From Trichosphaerium sp. ATCC 40318 (lineage: Eukaryota > Protista > Tubulinea), in the NCBI GenBank assembly GCA_038496445.1, contig JALMLS010000208.1, positions 186,001-250,000 of the forward strand: a stretch of DNA of 64,000 nt, read 5' to 3'. Positions within the stretch are counted from its first letter, which is position 1; every line of letters starts with the position of its first letter. The translations under genes and the position numbers were made by a program. Of the stretch, positions 50,247 to 62,947 are shown one piece after another. The notes under the pieces are model-generated. The model searched no databases. It was not told the origin of the DNA and saw only the letters and a program-made list of their open reading frames with translations.

Positions 50247-50573
50247 TTACAAGTATCCATGTTCTTTTGCGTAATCCATCCATTTTATCTTTTCTTCTGG
50301 TATTGATATACTAACTCCATTTAAGTCAGAAACCTCTTTTCCAGTTACAATCTGTCTAGCAAGTAAGAAGTACCATACTTGGTACTGACTTGCTTGGTAT
50401 GATCTCATTATTGTAGGAAGAGCAGGTTTTCCTAACTTTACAAGTTGTTTGTAAGCGTCACATGCTAAGTAAGGTTCAAAACATGAATGAAATCTCTGTG
50501 TTTCGCTATGCTTTGCCCAATCAGATAATAAAGTTTCTACTTCCTTTGTACTATTGTTACTAGCTTTGTTCAT
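50247..50573 (-). CDS. Intronless 108-aa hypothetical protein resembling a small bacterial family
   Basis: Motif 'DAYKQLVKLGKPALPTIM...W..LARQIVTG...KWMDY' in a clean ORF. Confidence 0.6.
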   Translation of the reverse strand: MNKASNNSTKEVETLLSDWAKHSETQRFHSCFEPYLACDAYKQLVKLGKPALPTIMRSYQASQYQVWYFLLARQIVTGKEVSDLNGVSISIPEEKIKWMDYAKEHGYL

Positions 50574-51602
50574 TGTGTGGTCTTAAAAATATGAGTGTTA
50601 AGCTTTGACACATGTCTTAAGAAAGCTGCGCAACACAAGTGTTTGATTTGACGAATTTCGTCAAAAGAACTTGTGTTAGGTGAATACGTAGTTGCTTCAG
50701 TTTGTCTTAAAAGGCTTCTAACGTTCCGTAGATCACTCCAGTAGGAAGAATGATGTTCTATGTTAGGGTATACGGCCAAGAGTCTTCAGACAAACTTTAT
50801 ACCTAAAAAAGGTGATACTAAGTAGGTATGAATGAAACAGACAATAAGAAGAAAATATAGATTATTGAGAACATCAATAACAAACTCAATGTCTGGCTTG
50901 TTTAAAAGCAAGTAACAACTCATTCCACACCTGTCTGTAAAGTATACCAATAAAATAGCAGATTTCTTACATCACATAAAGTTAATACCACAAAGTATAT
51001 ATCGGGCTTATTTGGTTGATCTATTTTGTAAAGAACTGATTTACTAACATTGTACAAATAGCTTTTAGTGTTTATCACTGAGATGCTAACGCAATCGAAG
51101 ACCAGAAAAGAAGAGTGTAGAGGTGGCAAATACCGGTCGGATACCGGTCTGGTTTCAAGATATAGGTTTTCAGTCCGTAACCGGTCCACGATTTAGAACA
51201 AGAAAAAAAAAAAAGTGATATTCAAACATGCCACAAAAGTATACAGCCATCTTATGTGCATGCACACAGTGAGTAGGTCAATGGATGGATCATGTATTGT
51301 TTTCAACACGTACCCTCATAGTACTAAAACATCCGTGCATATAAATTCTAACGAACACTACCGTACTAACCGAGCTTTCTATTCAAGAATAAACCGATTC
51401 GGAATTTCAACCGTTTTTACCCTTTGACCGTTCTATGAGTTAGCTCTCTACCTGATACCACTAACAAATGATTTGGGCTAAATTGAGATTAGGATGTGAC
51501 AAAAGAATGGAAGATCACAGAGAATAGTTCCGTAGATATCAAATGTCAACATACTTCTCTAAGTTGTAAAATGTCAAAGTGAGTCTTTTTTTTGAGTTGC
51601 AA

Positions 51603-52294
51603 ATGGCCAATAATAACGTTAACGCATACTATATTGATAGACTTACAAGACTGCAAGAGCTATGTGACAGGTATAGAACCGCTTATGAACAAGAAAGAGA
51701 GGACAAAAATGCACAAATAGAACAACTTCAAATCTTCCATAGACAGTATGAAGAGCGCACTGAGAGCGAAAAAGGACAAATCGTTAATCTTTGTGTTTGT
51801 CAAAAAAAAGCATTATTTCAATTGCTCACGCAATGGTTAAAGGCTCGCCTACGCGAAAGACAACCAGCAGCACCTGTTCAGCGATACCGACATGACCAAC
51901 AAGTAGAACCAGCATACAATCATCCGAGGAGACATAGTTTTACCACTGGACATGTACACGTCCATTCAACGCCTGAGCTGAATAGGTAAGGTGTTCTTGT
52001 AAGGTTAAATCTCACGATGAATTCTATTAGTGAGAAACAGTTTGATCCTCTTGATTATGACCCTAGAACCAGCCAGCAGCAACTGTATGATTGGGTGCGT
52101 CATATAGACTTTAAAACAAGACAATTGTTCGCCATATTAATTTGTGATAGCAACAAATGCCTTGACGCCATCTCGTAATAATTGTACCACCGAGAGCTTG
52201 TAAAACAGTGAATTCTTAATGTTATTGTAGCATTTTTAGCTTGTTTTTGAGTAGTCCCGCTGTAGGAGCAGCTGTTGCCTATTTTATCAAGTGA
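51603..52294 (+). CDS. Small multi-exon coiled-coil protein, possibly tail-anchored
   Basis: 'MANNNVNAYYIDRLTRLQELCDRYRTAYEQERE...' is coiled-coil-like, followed by further short exons and a final hydrophobic exon near 52231-52294. Confidence 0.4.
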
Positions 52295-53329
52295 TAGCTC
52301 GTTCTATGGCGTTTTAGCTGTAAAGACCTCCCAAGTTACAACTTTTTCGTGTAGTGTATTAAATCGCGTAATTATGTGTTTTCAGATAATACAGAAGGTT
52401 TGAGAACAAAACCTGAGGCTTGCTGAAAAGCACTTCGAGAAGTGGTAGTAAATGAAAGTAAAACTGTTTTCAAAAAACTCATGACATTTCATTTGAACTA
52501 TCACATTCTTTGCTTCCCATCTATTTCAATGACACCAAAATTTAATCCAGTGTACACATCAAGTTGTGTAACAGATTTCATCGGATTTTTTAACAGCCAC
52601 TCGCAAAGATCTAAAAAAGGATAAAACAAAACCTGTCACGTGACTAAAAAATTTTGGTTTAGGTATATACTACCCCTTGCTTTTTCCCTGCATTTTGGGC
52701 AGGGAAAAAGCAAGGTAAACAACTTGTTTTCGTACTTCCTATGAGTTGAGTGCCACAAGTATGAGTGATACCGGATGAAGTGACTTCAATATACCATATT
52801 TAGATATATTCATGTGTCCACAAGAAAAGGGTGCATAACGCATATAAACGCTTTCCTATGTTAGCATACGTGCTTACGTACCCCAAAGGTCAGGTTTATA
52901 GTTTACAATGTCATCCACATGTCTTGAGGCAATTTACGTCTATTGCAGCTTGCAAACGCGATTTTAGATACTCCATCGCTAATTACTTCATTTGCTGGCT
53001 GGCACGCAGTAAGCGCTAAAACTCATAGAAAATACGTACACAGTATACTACTTGTATTAACACAATAAGTATCGCTACTAGGCGACCAAGCACAGTCATT
53101 TACACAGTTGCACCCTTCAATGAAGACAAAGCGAGTAAGTGAGCAACTTAGTTGCGCCAGCATTGTGACTTTAATGAAAACAATTTACGTTAAACTTGTT
53201 ATCCAGTGTTTTATGTACATAAAAACTTGATTGCTCAAGTGTATTTCAACCCTCGCAATCTTAGTGTAGGTGTAAAATACCATAAAAGGAAGACAATTTG
53301 ATGAAATTTAATATAAAAAACGGAAATAG

Positions 53330-56300
53330 ACAAAAATGGTCACTGAAATTAAGCAATTACAGTACAACACTAAACAGTACGCCTATAAAGCTTGGCAACT
53401 TAGTTTTATGGCCACTACTGAAAAGCCACGCCTTGGTAAAACCTATAATTGCGCCTGCTGTTTCAGAAAAATTAAACATGGTGAAATACGCTATGGATGC
53501 ACCTCTAGTTCATGTACAAAGACTAGTTTTTGCGTTGAATGTAAAAACGCGAATATTCATTCAAAACATACTCTTTTCCCTGAAGAAGGTACTTATTGGC
53601 TAATCAGACGCCTAAACTATCGTTTAAAGTATAGTTTGATTCGAAATGTTAACGCCTGGTTAATTTAGTGTTTAAATACCATCGAAAACACCTAGTTTCA
53701 GCTGATACAGTATCAGGATCACTTTGGTACGTCAGGCTTTACGGTTGTTTGTTAATTGAATCGTAACGTATCAAAAAGGAAGGCGTTCCTTCTATACGCC
53801 AATAGACCAGCTATTGGTTATCAAACACCTGAAATGACAGAACCAAAATGGCTTTCTTACAGAGATCTACATAAGCTTGTTTTTCGATTTCGTTGTGTTC
53901 TTTCAGAACGTCTTGGATTATGTCGTGGAGACTTTGTTGGTATTTCAAGTGCTAATTGTATAGAATGGATAATAGCTGACTTGTCTTGTATTACACTTGG
54001 AATAATCCCCGTGCCAATACACGTGCCATTTGGTACTTGATTTTTTGTAATTATTTCCTCATTGCCTTTTTGTTTATGCTATGGTCACGTTAATGTACGA
54101 TGTCTTTAGATGCAACCCAAATATCGACAGTTGTAGATAAGACAAAAATGACGTGTGTTGTATGCTCAAAGGCTTTGAGTGAAAAGGCAAGTTTAAACTG
54201 TCCTGAAATAGAATACCGACATACTTGAGGTAGTTTCTGAATGTTAGAGAGCAAACAGATTCGCTAAAGAAACTGGTTGTGATAGGAGATGTTGCTACCG
54301 ACAAGAACAAGAATATATATTCCTACACATCGCTTATCGACGATATACCAGAACCTACAGATGAGCAACTAAAGTTCTTTATCGATCCTTCTTCACCGAA
54401 CGATATATTTGCTGTAGTGCCAACAAGTGGCTCCACTGGCGTGCCAAAGGCAACTACATATTTCTAATAGTTGTAGATATATCTAATCTTGCTTGTTAGT
54501 GCGTAATGTTTAAAGTGGGTGCTTATCTATGTGATACTCTTCGTGTTTTTTATGGACAAGGAAGCAGTTTGCTACATGCTCCTTTTGCTTATAGTACTCG
54601 AAGAACAATAATTAGATCACTTATTCATGGAACACGTCTTGCCTTATCAACTAATGCAAGTATACGTTGGTGTCCCCTTTATGTCTTTCTAAAAAATAAG
54701 TTAGGGATCAGCTAACGTGTTTCAAGATATGTATGTGTTCAAGCCAACAAGAATAAGTGGTATGTTTTTTATTCTTTGAAATACATTTACTTGTTGTTCG
54801 TACTTACTTGAGCGGTAAGGTGTCCCTCGATTTTGGCAAATCTTATATTTAAGATATCAAGATCTACTTGAGGAATACAAAAGAAGACATAAAAGTCATA
54901 CAGTAAGTAGCACTGCCGTTATAAAGTGAGTTCACAGGACAAAAATTTTAGCCTTTTGATGAAAATGTTGTGCGGAAAGATTTTTACGAGAGGCTTGGCG
55001 GACAGCTTTCTGGTATTTCTATTGGAGGTGCATCGGTACCAAGAAAGATATTGAAATGGATGAAGAGGTACAAAGCATTTTTCATTCAAATCTAACGCAC
55101 GTGGTGTAGCACATTTGGCGAAACGACGAATATTTATGAAGGTTATGGTATAACTGAAATCGGCGGTATTTATTCAAACAATAAGATCAAATCAGCTGCA
55201 CAAGTTAAACTTGTTGATTGGCAAGAGTATAAAGTAACAGATAAACCTTATCCACGTGGTAAATATCGTCAAAAGTTCACACAACAAAAAAAGGAGGTTT
55301 CTTTTTCTATTTCAGTAACTCTTTGTAACAGGTGAGATTTGTGTTAAGAAACCATCCATGTTCTGTGGTTATTATGGAGACGAAGCAAAGACGTAATTTA
55401 CAGAAATGCTACTTGTGCAGTATTAATAAACTAAAGGGCTGAGGTTATTGATAAAGAAGGCTATTTCCACACAGGTGATATAGGAAGACTTGATAATGGT
55501 AACCTTGTCATTGTGGATAGGTATGTGTTCAAACATACTACTAAATTCATGTACTCTAAACATTGTTTAGGAAAAAGTCGTTGTTCAAGCTTTCTCAAGG
55601 AGAGTTTGTTGCGTATGTACAAACAAATATGTTTTACTTGCATATATTTATATTGTTGTAGGCCTGAACGTTTGGAGAATATTTACGAACGGAGTGAGTT
55701 TATAGATCAGATATTCATTTGGGGAAACGTGCAAAAGAGTTATATTATTGCAGTTATCATCCCAAATGAGGAAGCTGTCCTAAATTGGATTCAAAACACC
55801 AAAGAACCTCCAGTGCGTTGCATTAAAACCCAAATCCCTTTTAATATGGTTTGGGTTAGAAGAGTGTTGATGACGCCCTCACGGATAAAAGGTTGATAAA
55901 TGATATTATGGATACTATAAACGATCTTGCTAAGAAAGCACACGTGCGTCATTGAGCATCATTTCTTGAGATGAGTTGTTTTGTGCTAAGTTTTTTAAAT
56001 CTTTACTAGGTCCGGCGCTATGAAATACCTTCTGGTATAATACTCTCAAACCACAGGTGGACACCGATGAATCAATTATTAACGCCTTCTCTAAAGCTAA
56101 GAAGACCGTTACTGGAAAAACATTATCGTACTTCATTAGAAAAAGAAATGGATGTTATAGACAACCAAAGTGGTTCTGTTACAGCTAATACTAAAGGTAC
56201 AATGGTGGGTTATTTGTGGGTTTTCTTTTATAAGTATTAACACTAATTAAGCTACTGGAATGGCGTCAATCTTAAATAGAGTTCTACAACTCGATGCAAA

Positions 56301-58324
56301 CAGAGATATTTCAAAAGCAGATGATTTTTCTTCTCTTGGCGGAGATTCAATGGCAGCTGCTCAAGTAAGATATCTTCACAACTAACTAACGTATGTACTT
56401 TAAATAGCTTGTTAAGATTGTTAAAGATGAAATGGACGTTGATATTTCTGTACAATCGCTTTACGAAGTTGAAGGGTCAGTCTAACAAGCTTGTTCTCTT
56501 TTTTTTCTTTCTTTTGATTTTGTCTTTTGTGCTTCACTCAGAACAAGTACGTTGTTAATATAACATCTAGACTACGCCAACTTGCAGATTACGTTGATGG
56601 TGCTTCATTACTACCGAGTGAGCCTGTAGAAGTGAATGGAGACTTACAAATCTTCGACTGGGCTTCTGAGACCTCCCTTGATGATGATTTCAAACCAAAC
56701 ACGTCTTATAGCGGCCCTAAAGGAAGCGATGTATTTCTCACTGGTGCTACAGGATTTGTTGGGTGTTTTCTTTTGAAGGAATTATTGGATAAAACAACCT
56801 CTAAAATTCTATGTTTGACACGTTTGAAAGAGTGTTCAAAAGATCAATCTCTTAATGAGAAACTTGCGAAAGAAAGGATTGAATCTACTGCAAAAAAGTT
56901 TGGGATATCTCTAGAAGGATACAACGAAAGAATTATACCTGTACACATCATGCACAAAACGACCTTTTTGCTTTTTGTTTTTATTCTGTTGACTAAATGT
57001 TTTGTTCAAGATTGTTGGAGATTTGTCACAACTGAGGTTTGGACAAAGTGACAAAGACTTTTCTACGTTGGCTTCACGTATAAATACTATATATCATTGC
57101 GGTGCTATGGTGAATTTTATAAAGCCTTACTCAGCACATAAACCCGCAAATGGTACCACAAAAACGTCTTTCTCAAAATACTTACTTTTTACCTATAATA
57201 GTGACAGGGACACGTGAGGTTATTAAACTTGCTTCTATTGGATATCCTAAACCTATACACCATATATCTACATTATCAGTATTCCCACCTGGCTTTCCCG
57301 TATGTTAACAGACTTTAACGCCAATGCTAACCTAAGGTTACAGATAAAACGAGAGGAGGAAATTACTGACAAAACTCATAAAATGAGTGGATACGGGTAC
57401 CTTTTTCATAGAATGTTTGCGTTTGATATGGGCTAACAAGTAGTAAGGTTAAGCAAGCTTGTTTCTGAAAAATTGTTGTTAAAGGCAAAAGCAAGAGGAC
57501 ATCCAGTAGTCGTGTATAGACTTGGCACAATAACAGGTGAGATTGACTGATTTCTGATTTAAAGAAAAAACCGTTATTCTCTCTATACTTACTTTCTTTG
57601 CAATTTTTACCACTTACTTCATATTCTTTTCATTTCCTTCTTCATCTTCTGATTGTTTCTTTGCGTTTAAAAAAACCTGACAGTTTTTTGCATTATTTTG
57701 TTGTTAACTTTTTACTTGTACAGGCCACTCTGTCACTGGCAACTGCAATGAAACAGACTATATCAATAGACTAATTATTGGTATAATCAATGCAAAGTGT
57801 ATACTGTCATATGATAAAGCAGCATATAAAGTCGTACCTGTCGATACATGTGTACAAAAGATAGTTCAAATAAGGCACAAGAAAAACTTTCTTTTGTGTT
57901 GCTCTTTGCTAACTATGTTGATAGTTTGATGCCTGCATTGAAACACTACATATTCCATATAGATCATGAAGGTGAAACAAAGTTATCTCTTGTAATAGAT
58001 CATGCAAGGAAAAGTGGATATCGCATTGATAATGTCGGTATTAAAGATTTTCGAGAAAAAATTAAGAACAAATCAAACCCGCTCTGCGTGTTACAGCATG
58101 TTTTCAAAGATGGACACAAATGGCCTAGACTAGTTACAACAGTGTAAGTAACCTTACCAACCCTCATTTCTTTTATGCTAGCCCTTACCAATTGTAGATG
58201 TGACAACACCAATGAAGCATTGAAAGAATCTGGATTAGAGTTTCCTAAACTTGATGTTAAGCTGATTGATGTCTACTTCAATTATTTTGAGTCCAGAAAT
58301 CTTATTCACAAGGATTCTAAATAA
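53330..58324 (+). CDS. Carboxylic acid reductase-like NRPS-like enzyme (A-T-R) with an N-terminal ZZ-type zinc finger; about 20 exons
   Basis: A domain 'PTSGSTGVPK', 'YEGYGITE', 'TDKPYPRGEI', 'YFHTGDI', 'DRKKSLFKLSQGEFVAPERLE', 'LLTPSLKLRR'. PCP 'FSSLGGDSM'. Reductase 'VFLTGATGFVG', 'HCGAMVN', 'GYGLSK', 'YRLGTITG'. The true start may lie further upstream. Confidence 0.9.
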
Positions 58325-59319
58325 TAAATTGAGTTTTGCAACAGTAACCCAACCAAAAACATTCTTCGAAAATATGGGCATAAACTTGAAAGCGTTATCT
58401 TGCAAAACCATGTTAAATACCTTTCGGTTAACAAGGTTTAATATCTTATTAGTGTACCTTGTTTTATTTTGGTAAGTACCAAATGTTAGAACCCCTGAGC
58501 ATTGATTTCTACCCAGCATGCTATCAAAGAACGATTTTCTTTGTAAGAAAAGTTTATTTACTCACTTAAATAATGCCAGCGAGTTTACGTATATCGGCCT
58601 AAGGAAATATGCTTATCCTCTCAAAGCGCTTTCTAAAAACATGCCAGATATCACGTTCTTGTTTTTTTCGTTTGCACTCTTTCTTTTTTTTCAACAGATG
58701 CCAGAAGATCAGATTCGTTTTTAAATCAAATTAGAATCTATTCTAGTTTACTCTCTTTGACGCACCAAGAATACTATAACAGGTATGTCCATTTTGTTAT
58801 AACATGTTTGTGGGAAATAGACATGATCTCTGTCTTTGTCAAGCCAAAACCTGCCAAGAAACAGTCAGCAAAACGGAAGAAAACAATGTGTTTCGTGTTA
58901 AATCCAGTACTTTGGTACATTACGTGCTACAAATTGTGTTACCAAACAAGATGAGATTTCCTAGGCTTAAATCCGTAGTTGTTCTAACAACATGTATCAA
59001 AACAATTGATCAAACAACGTTATAGTATCGTAGTACCTACAGGGAGCTGTTTTCCTTCCCATTGCTGCCTTACATGCTGTTTAAAGCCACGGAAACAATG
59101 GTTTTCTGTGAAGTAAGCTATGTCATTGATACCTCCCCCACACGTAGTAGTGCAGCGTTGGGATTAGTTCAACAGCAAAAGCGTCCACCTCATAGTAGCA
59201 AAAAAGGAAGTCTAACTTAAAGCTGTTGTAAGTTTGGCACCTGGTTCTTTTTTGACTTAATTTTTTTTTTTTCAACCAGGAACTCGCTCAATGGTGTTCA
59301 TTCAATTTATTTATCCGTA

Positions 59320-59430
59320 CATTAGAGTTTCTGATGGATGTTTAAACGCATTGAAAGGTGTGCATTCTTTACACTTAAATTATTGTGAACGTATAAGAGG
59401 GGATCAAGGCATGGACTGGTGTACACGAAA
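59320..59430 (+). pseudogene. Remnant of a 'GVH'-type LRR gene
   Basis: 'VSDGCLNALKGVHSLHLNYCERI' matches the repeat unit of 10377-11566, then degenerates. Confidence 0.5.
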
Positions 59431-60090
59431 TCCATTTGTTTATGACATTCTACATGGTACAAGAAATTCTGATAGTAAAAATGAAGTACTTTATATACAG
59501 GTGGAAGCCGCTGTAAGAAATTAGTAAGAAAAAATGCACGGATGGAATAATTTAATAAAAAGTGACACTTACCCTATAACAAAAACTGTTAGCAAACATT
59601 CAAGAGCTATTATCAAACAGTCGAGTACCAGTGTCTCCAACTTTGACAGAAAATCAAAAACTGTCTGCATAATGTGTGCAGTTAAATTCTTTTGAATATT
59701 TGTTTAGACAGCTTGCAGAAACATTCTCAGTGCTAATGCATCTAGCACTACTTACTTATGTGAATGGGGCAATCAAATTTCGGTATTTGCACCCTAGGCC
59801 ATTGGAACACTATGCCTATCAACTAGAGAGCACATATCATGAAACTTAACCACAGCAAAGCAATACCAACGCCCTGGTGACAGAGATGACAGTGTCCGTA
59901 CTACCACAGATGCTTTAATGATATCAAGGTTGTTTCAATTATGCAATACAAGGGTGTTCAAGCCTTGCCAACTTCTTTGTTCCTCTTAGCTCAGCACAAC
60001 ATGGACATAACATGATCATATTGTGTATTTGTGTTAACACTTGAAGGAAACATACTAATAGCGAGAAAAGCAATAAATTTGTTTTGTAGC

Positions 60091-60921
60091 TCATTTATAT
60101 ATCATTGGAGATAGTCTTCGAATACAAGTTTGTCTACCGTCTGCATATACAGGCGCTAAGGTTGGTGCTGTTGTAGTTGGAGTTCTTGTAGTGGGTGGGG
60201 GTGTCAAATGTTCAAGTGTTAGTGTTAATGCAATGTCTATGGAAAAAGGTCGTATTAGAGGAACCAATACACTAAAAATACGTTAGCTGTCAAGTGCAGC
60301 AACAAGAATACTCACGTGAATGAATTCATTGTACTTGTAACCACCAGGTTCAGTGAGTTTTCAACAATATTAACAGCTGTTTTACGTTTGTAAGTTAGTA
60401 CTCTATACTATGTATCATTTGGTTACAACCGTTTCCCGTACCACTAAAAGAGCCACTAGTGAATGTACATTCTATAGTAGCGGGAAATATACTCTCAGGA
60501 TAAATACTGATGAGTGAGAGGCTATACTCAAAACTATTGTCTGTGAAATCGAGAGTAATAGTAAGCTGATTATCATTGTTATGGTATTCAATAGCGTCAT
60601 TGGCAATAACAAAGTTAGGAAAGTCTGGTGCTGTTGTTGTTCCAAAGTCCCAGAAACTAATAGTTGGATCATTGGTTAAAACATAGGTACATACTCCAGT
60701 GCTGCCTTCACCTTTGTTGTGGTTAACTTTAAGGAATAAAGATAAAGGAAAGCCAGCAAAACGCAAAATACATCTCATGCACCTTAGCGTTGTGTATACA
60801 GGCTTTACTGATGAAAGAAAAACTCCGGAAGAAACGTACCAACCATTCCAAGTGAAAAGGACATCAAACCAAAGACACCAAGTATGGATATCACGGATAG
60901 GTGATAGGACGAGGTGTACAT
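60091..60921 (-). CDS. Secreted protein paralogous to the head domain of the PPTTL mucin, with a short Pro/Thr tail
   Basis: Signal-like 'MYTSSYHLSVISILGVFGLMSFSLG'. Exon 'GEGSTGVCTYVL...FPATIECTF' parallels 'GVGDAGVCTYTR...IPNTVLTCTM'. Tail 'PPPTTRTPTTTAPT'. Confidence 0.55.
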
Positions 60922-61667
60922 GGTTTGACTATTAGCAATATTGTAACGAGATGATTCGGGACTTTCTGAAACTACTTTTTCACTGAACATTCAGTGGAAT
61001 CACGTGATTAGAGAGAACTGTCGTGTTTTAAATGAGATATGCTGATTTATGAAAGTAACGCGGCCAGTTCCGAATTTTGAGAATTGCAAAATACGGAGGT
61101 TCGTAATAAAATAATGAAGTTGCTGACTTTCTATAACAAGCGCTTCCAAAGTATCTTCCGCTTAGCGTGCGGTATTAACACATGGCGTAATAATCCGTTT
61201 TAGAGTGTAGGAGACGATTGTTGGACCTTAGGGGTCATCCATCAACAGAATTGCAAACTAGAAACTATGACGATTGATTATCATTAATTCATTTACATCA
61301 CCTACAGATGCAACTCTACTACAATGTCTCTGAAGACCCTTTTTTTTAATCCTTTGGATAGCTTCCATTGTATTACATAGGTACCAGTTGAATGCTAGAA
61401 ATGAACAATGAAACGTAGGGAGAAGTTGGTACAACAACAGTACAGAAAACATCTTTTTTTTTTGTTTGTTTATTACTTGTATACAATTTATCTTACACGT
61501 GTCTTTTTTAAAAATATGAGGTTTGTAATTATTGTACCACTCATTTTTTCTACTTTTGTTTACCAGAATACAATCCTTTTCGCTCCAAACACCCGAAGGA
61601 TAAAAATTCTCAAAAAAACGAAAATTTCATTTTTCTTCTGTGCATTTAGAATATAATGTAACTACTA

Positions 61668-62912
61668 CTAAGTCTCTAGAGCCCTAGATAGCCAATCTAA
61701 TCCTGGGTATAATCCATCACCAGTTGTTGCACAACAAGCTTGAACGTGCTACTTTCTTTTTTTATGACTATGAAGATCTAGAACATCCACAAGCGTGCTT
61801 AGTTTAGCAGCACCAGGAAGGTCTTGTTTATTCCCATATATCAGTAACGGTGCTTCTTCTAGTGTTTCACTCTCTAGGAGCATCTTAAGCTCTTCAGATG
61901 CTTCTTGAAAACGTGATGTGTCAAAAGAATCAACAACAACAATAATCGCCTGTGTATTCAAAAAATAATGCTTCCATAGAACGCGAACAGCTGTTTGACC
62001 ACCCTAAATAATACTTTCGTTAGTACTCATAGCAGTATGAACGTTCTCAGAGAATAAGGGAACAACTAAACGGCAAGATTCGGTTTTTCTTTAGCGGTTT
62101 AGTTTTTTTCCTTTTCTTTTTTTTACACCTTTTACATGCAAGAATATGACCATCGCTTACTTGTCCCAAAGGGCAAGAAACTTTGAATTTGTTAGCTCTT
62201 TGTTTGTTACGTTACAACAAATATAAGATAGTTGAGAACTAGTAGGAAAAAAAAGAAACAACTGCTTGCCTTTATCAACGGTGTTATTTTTGAATAAAAC
62301 ACTGAACCTTGGATCTCCTGGGCTCTCTCCATATGGCTTGCGAAAGGTGGGGCATTAACCTCAGTTCCCTTAACAAATAAATAAGTCAAAAAACTCATAC
62401 AAAGCTCTTACATTAACAACCACAATGTTTTCTTGAAAAGTAAAGCCGCTCACTTCAAGTGTGTATGGATGTTCATCTTTTGGAGTAAGAAACTAGACAT
62501 TGTGAACAACAAATTGATAAATCATGAACCAGACGGAACGTTTCAAGGCAAGGAAAATAAAAGAAAAACCAAAGAAATGAGCTTCTTACCAATGGCCAAA
62601 TTTTGGCAATAGTATGTGGATCTAGTCTATCTGAAAGAAAATCATCATACAGGTTTTTTGTATTCTTGAAAGTGCAGTTGTTTACTCGAATTCCATTGAA
62701 TGTAGAATTTGGTTCTGCTTCTCTAACAATAAACGAAATGTACTCCTACTCAAAAAGATTAAACTACTGTAGTTAGAGTGTCTTATGTAAGTACTATTGC
62801 TGAAAAGGCAAGAGTCTAAGGATATGCTGCTACCGGATACATCAAGACTAGTTTTCATTTGAGATACTTCAACACGCTCTAAGGTAACTGTGCTCGCTAA
62901 TAAAGAAGTCAA
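61668..62912 (-). pseudogene. Degenerate ARF/ARL GTPase C-terminal half joined to unrelated upstream exons
   Basis: 'LWD|.GGQTAVRVLWKHYFLNTQAIIVVVDS...GNKQDLPGA...KRK*HVQACCATTGDGLYPGLDWL'. An in-frame TAG sits at the conserved Trp (61749-61751). No P-loop exon was found. Confidence 0.7.
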
Positions 62913-62947
62913 CTAAGTTCCCAAAATTTCAATAAACTAAGTTATTC

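Noticed and set aside
58235-59130. Possible convergent minus-strand gene overlapping the CAR 3' end
   Set aside because: Coding-like pieces exist (e.g. FWLDKDRDHVYFPQTCYNKMDIPVIVFL) but could not be joined or assigned to a family.
61749-61751. Alternative genetic code (TAG reassigned)
   Set aside because: TAG terminates other genes normally (e.g. 3869, 43403), and no other conserved exon needed TAG read-through.
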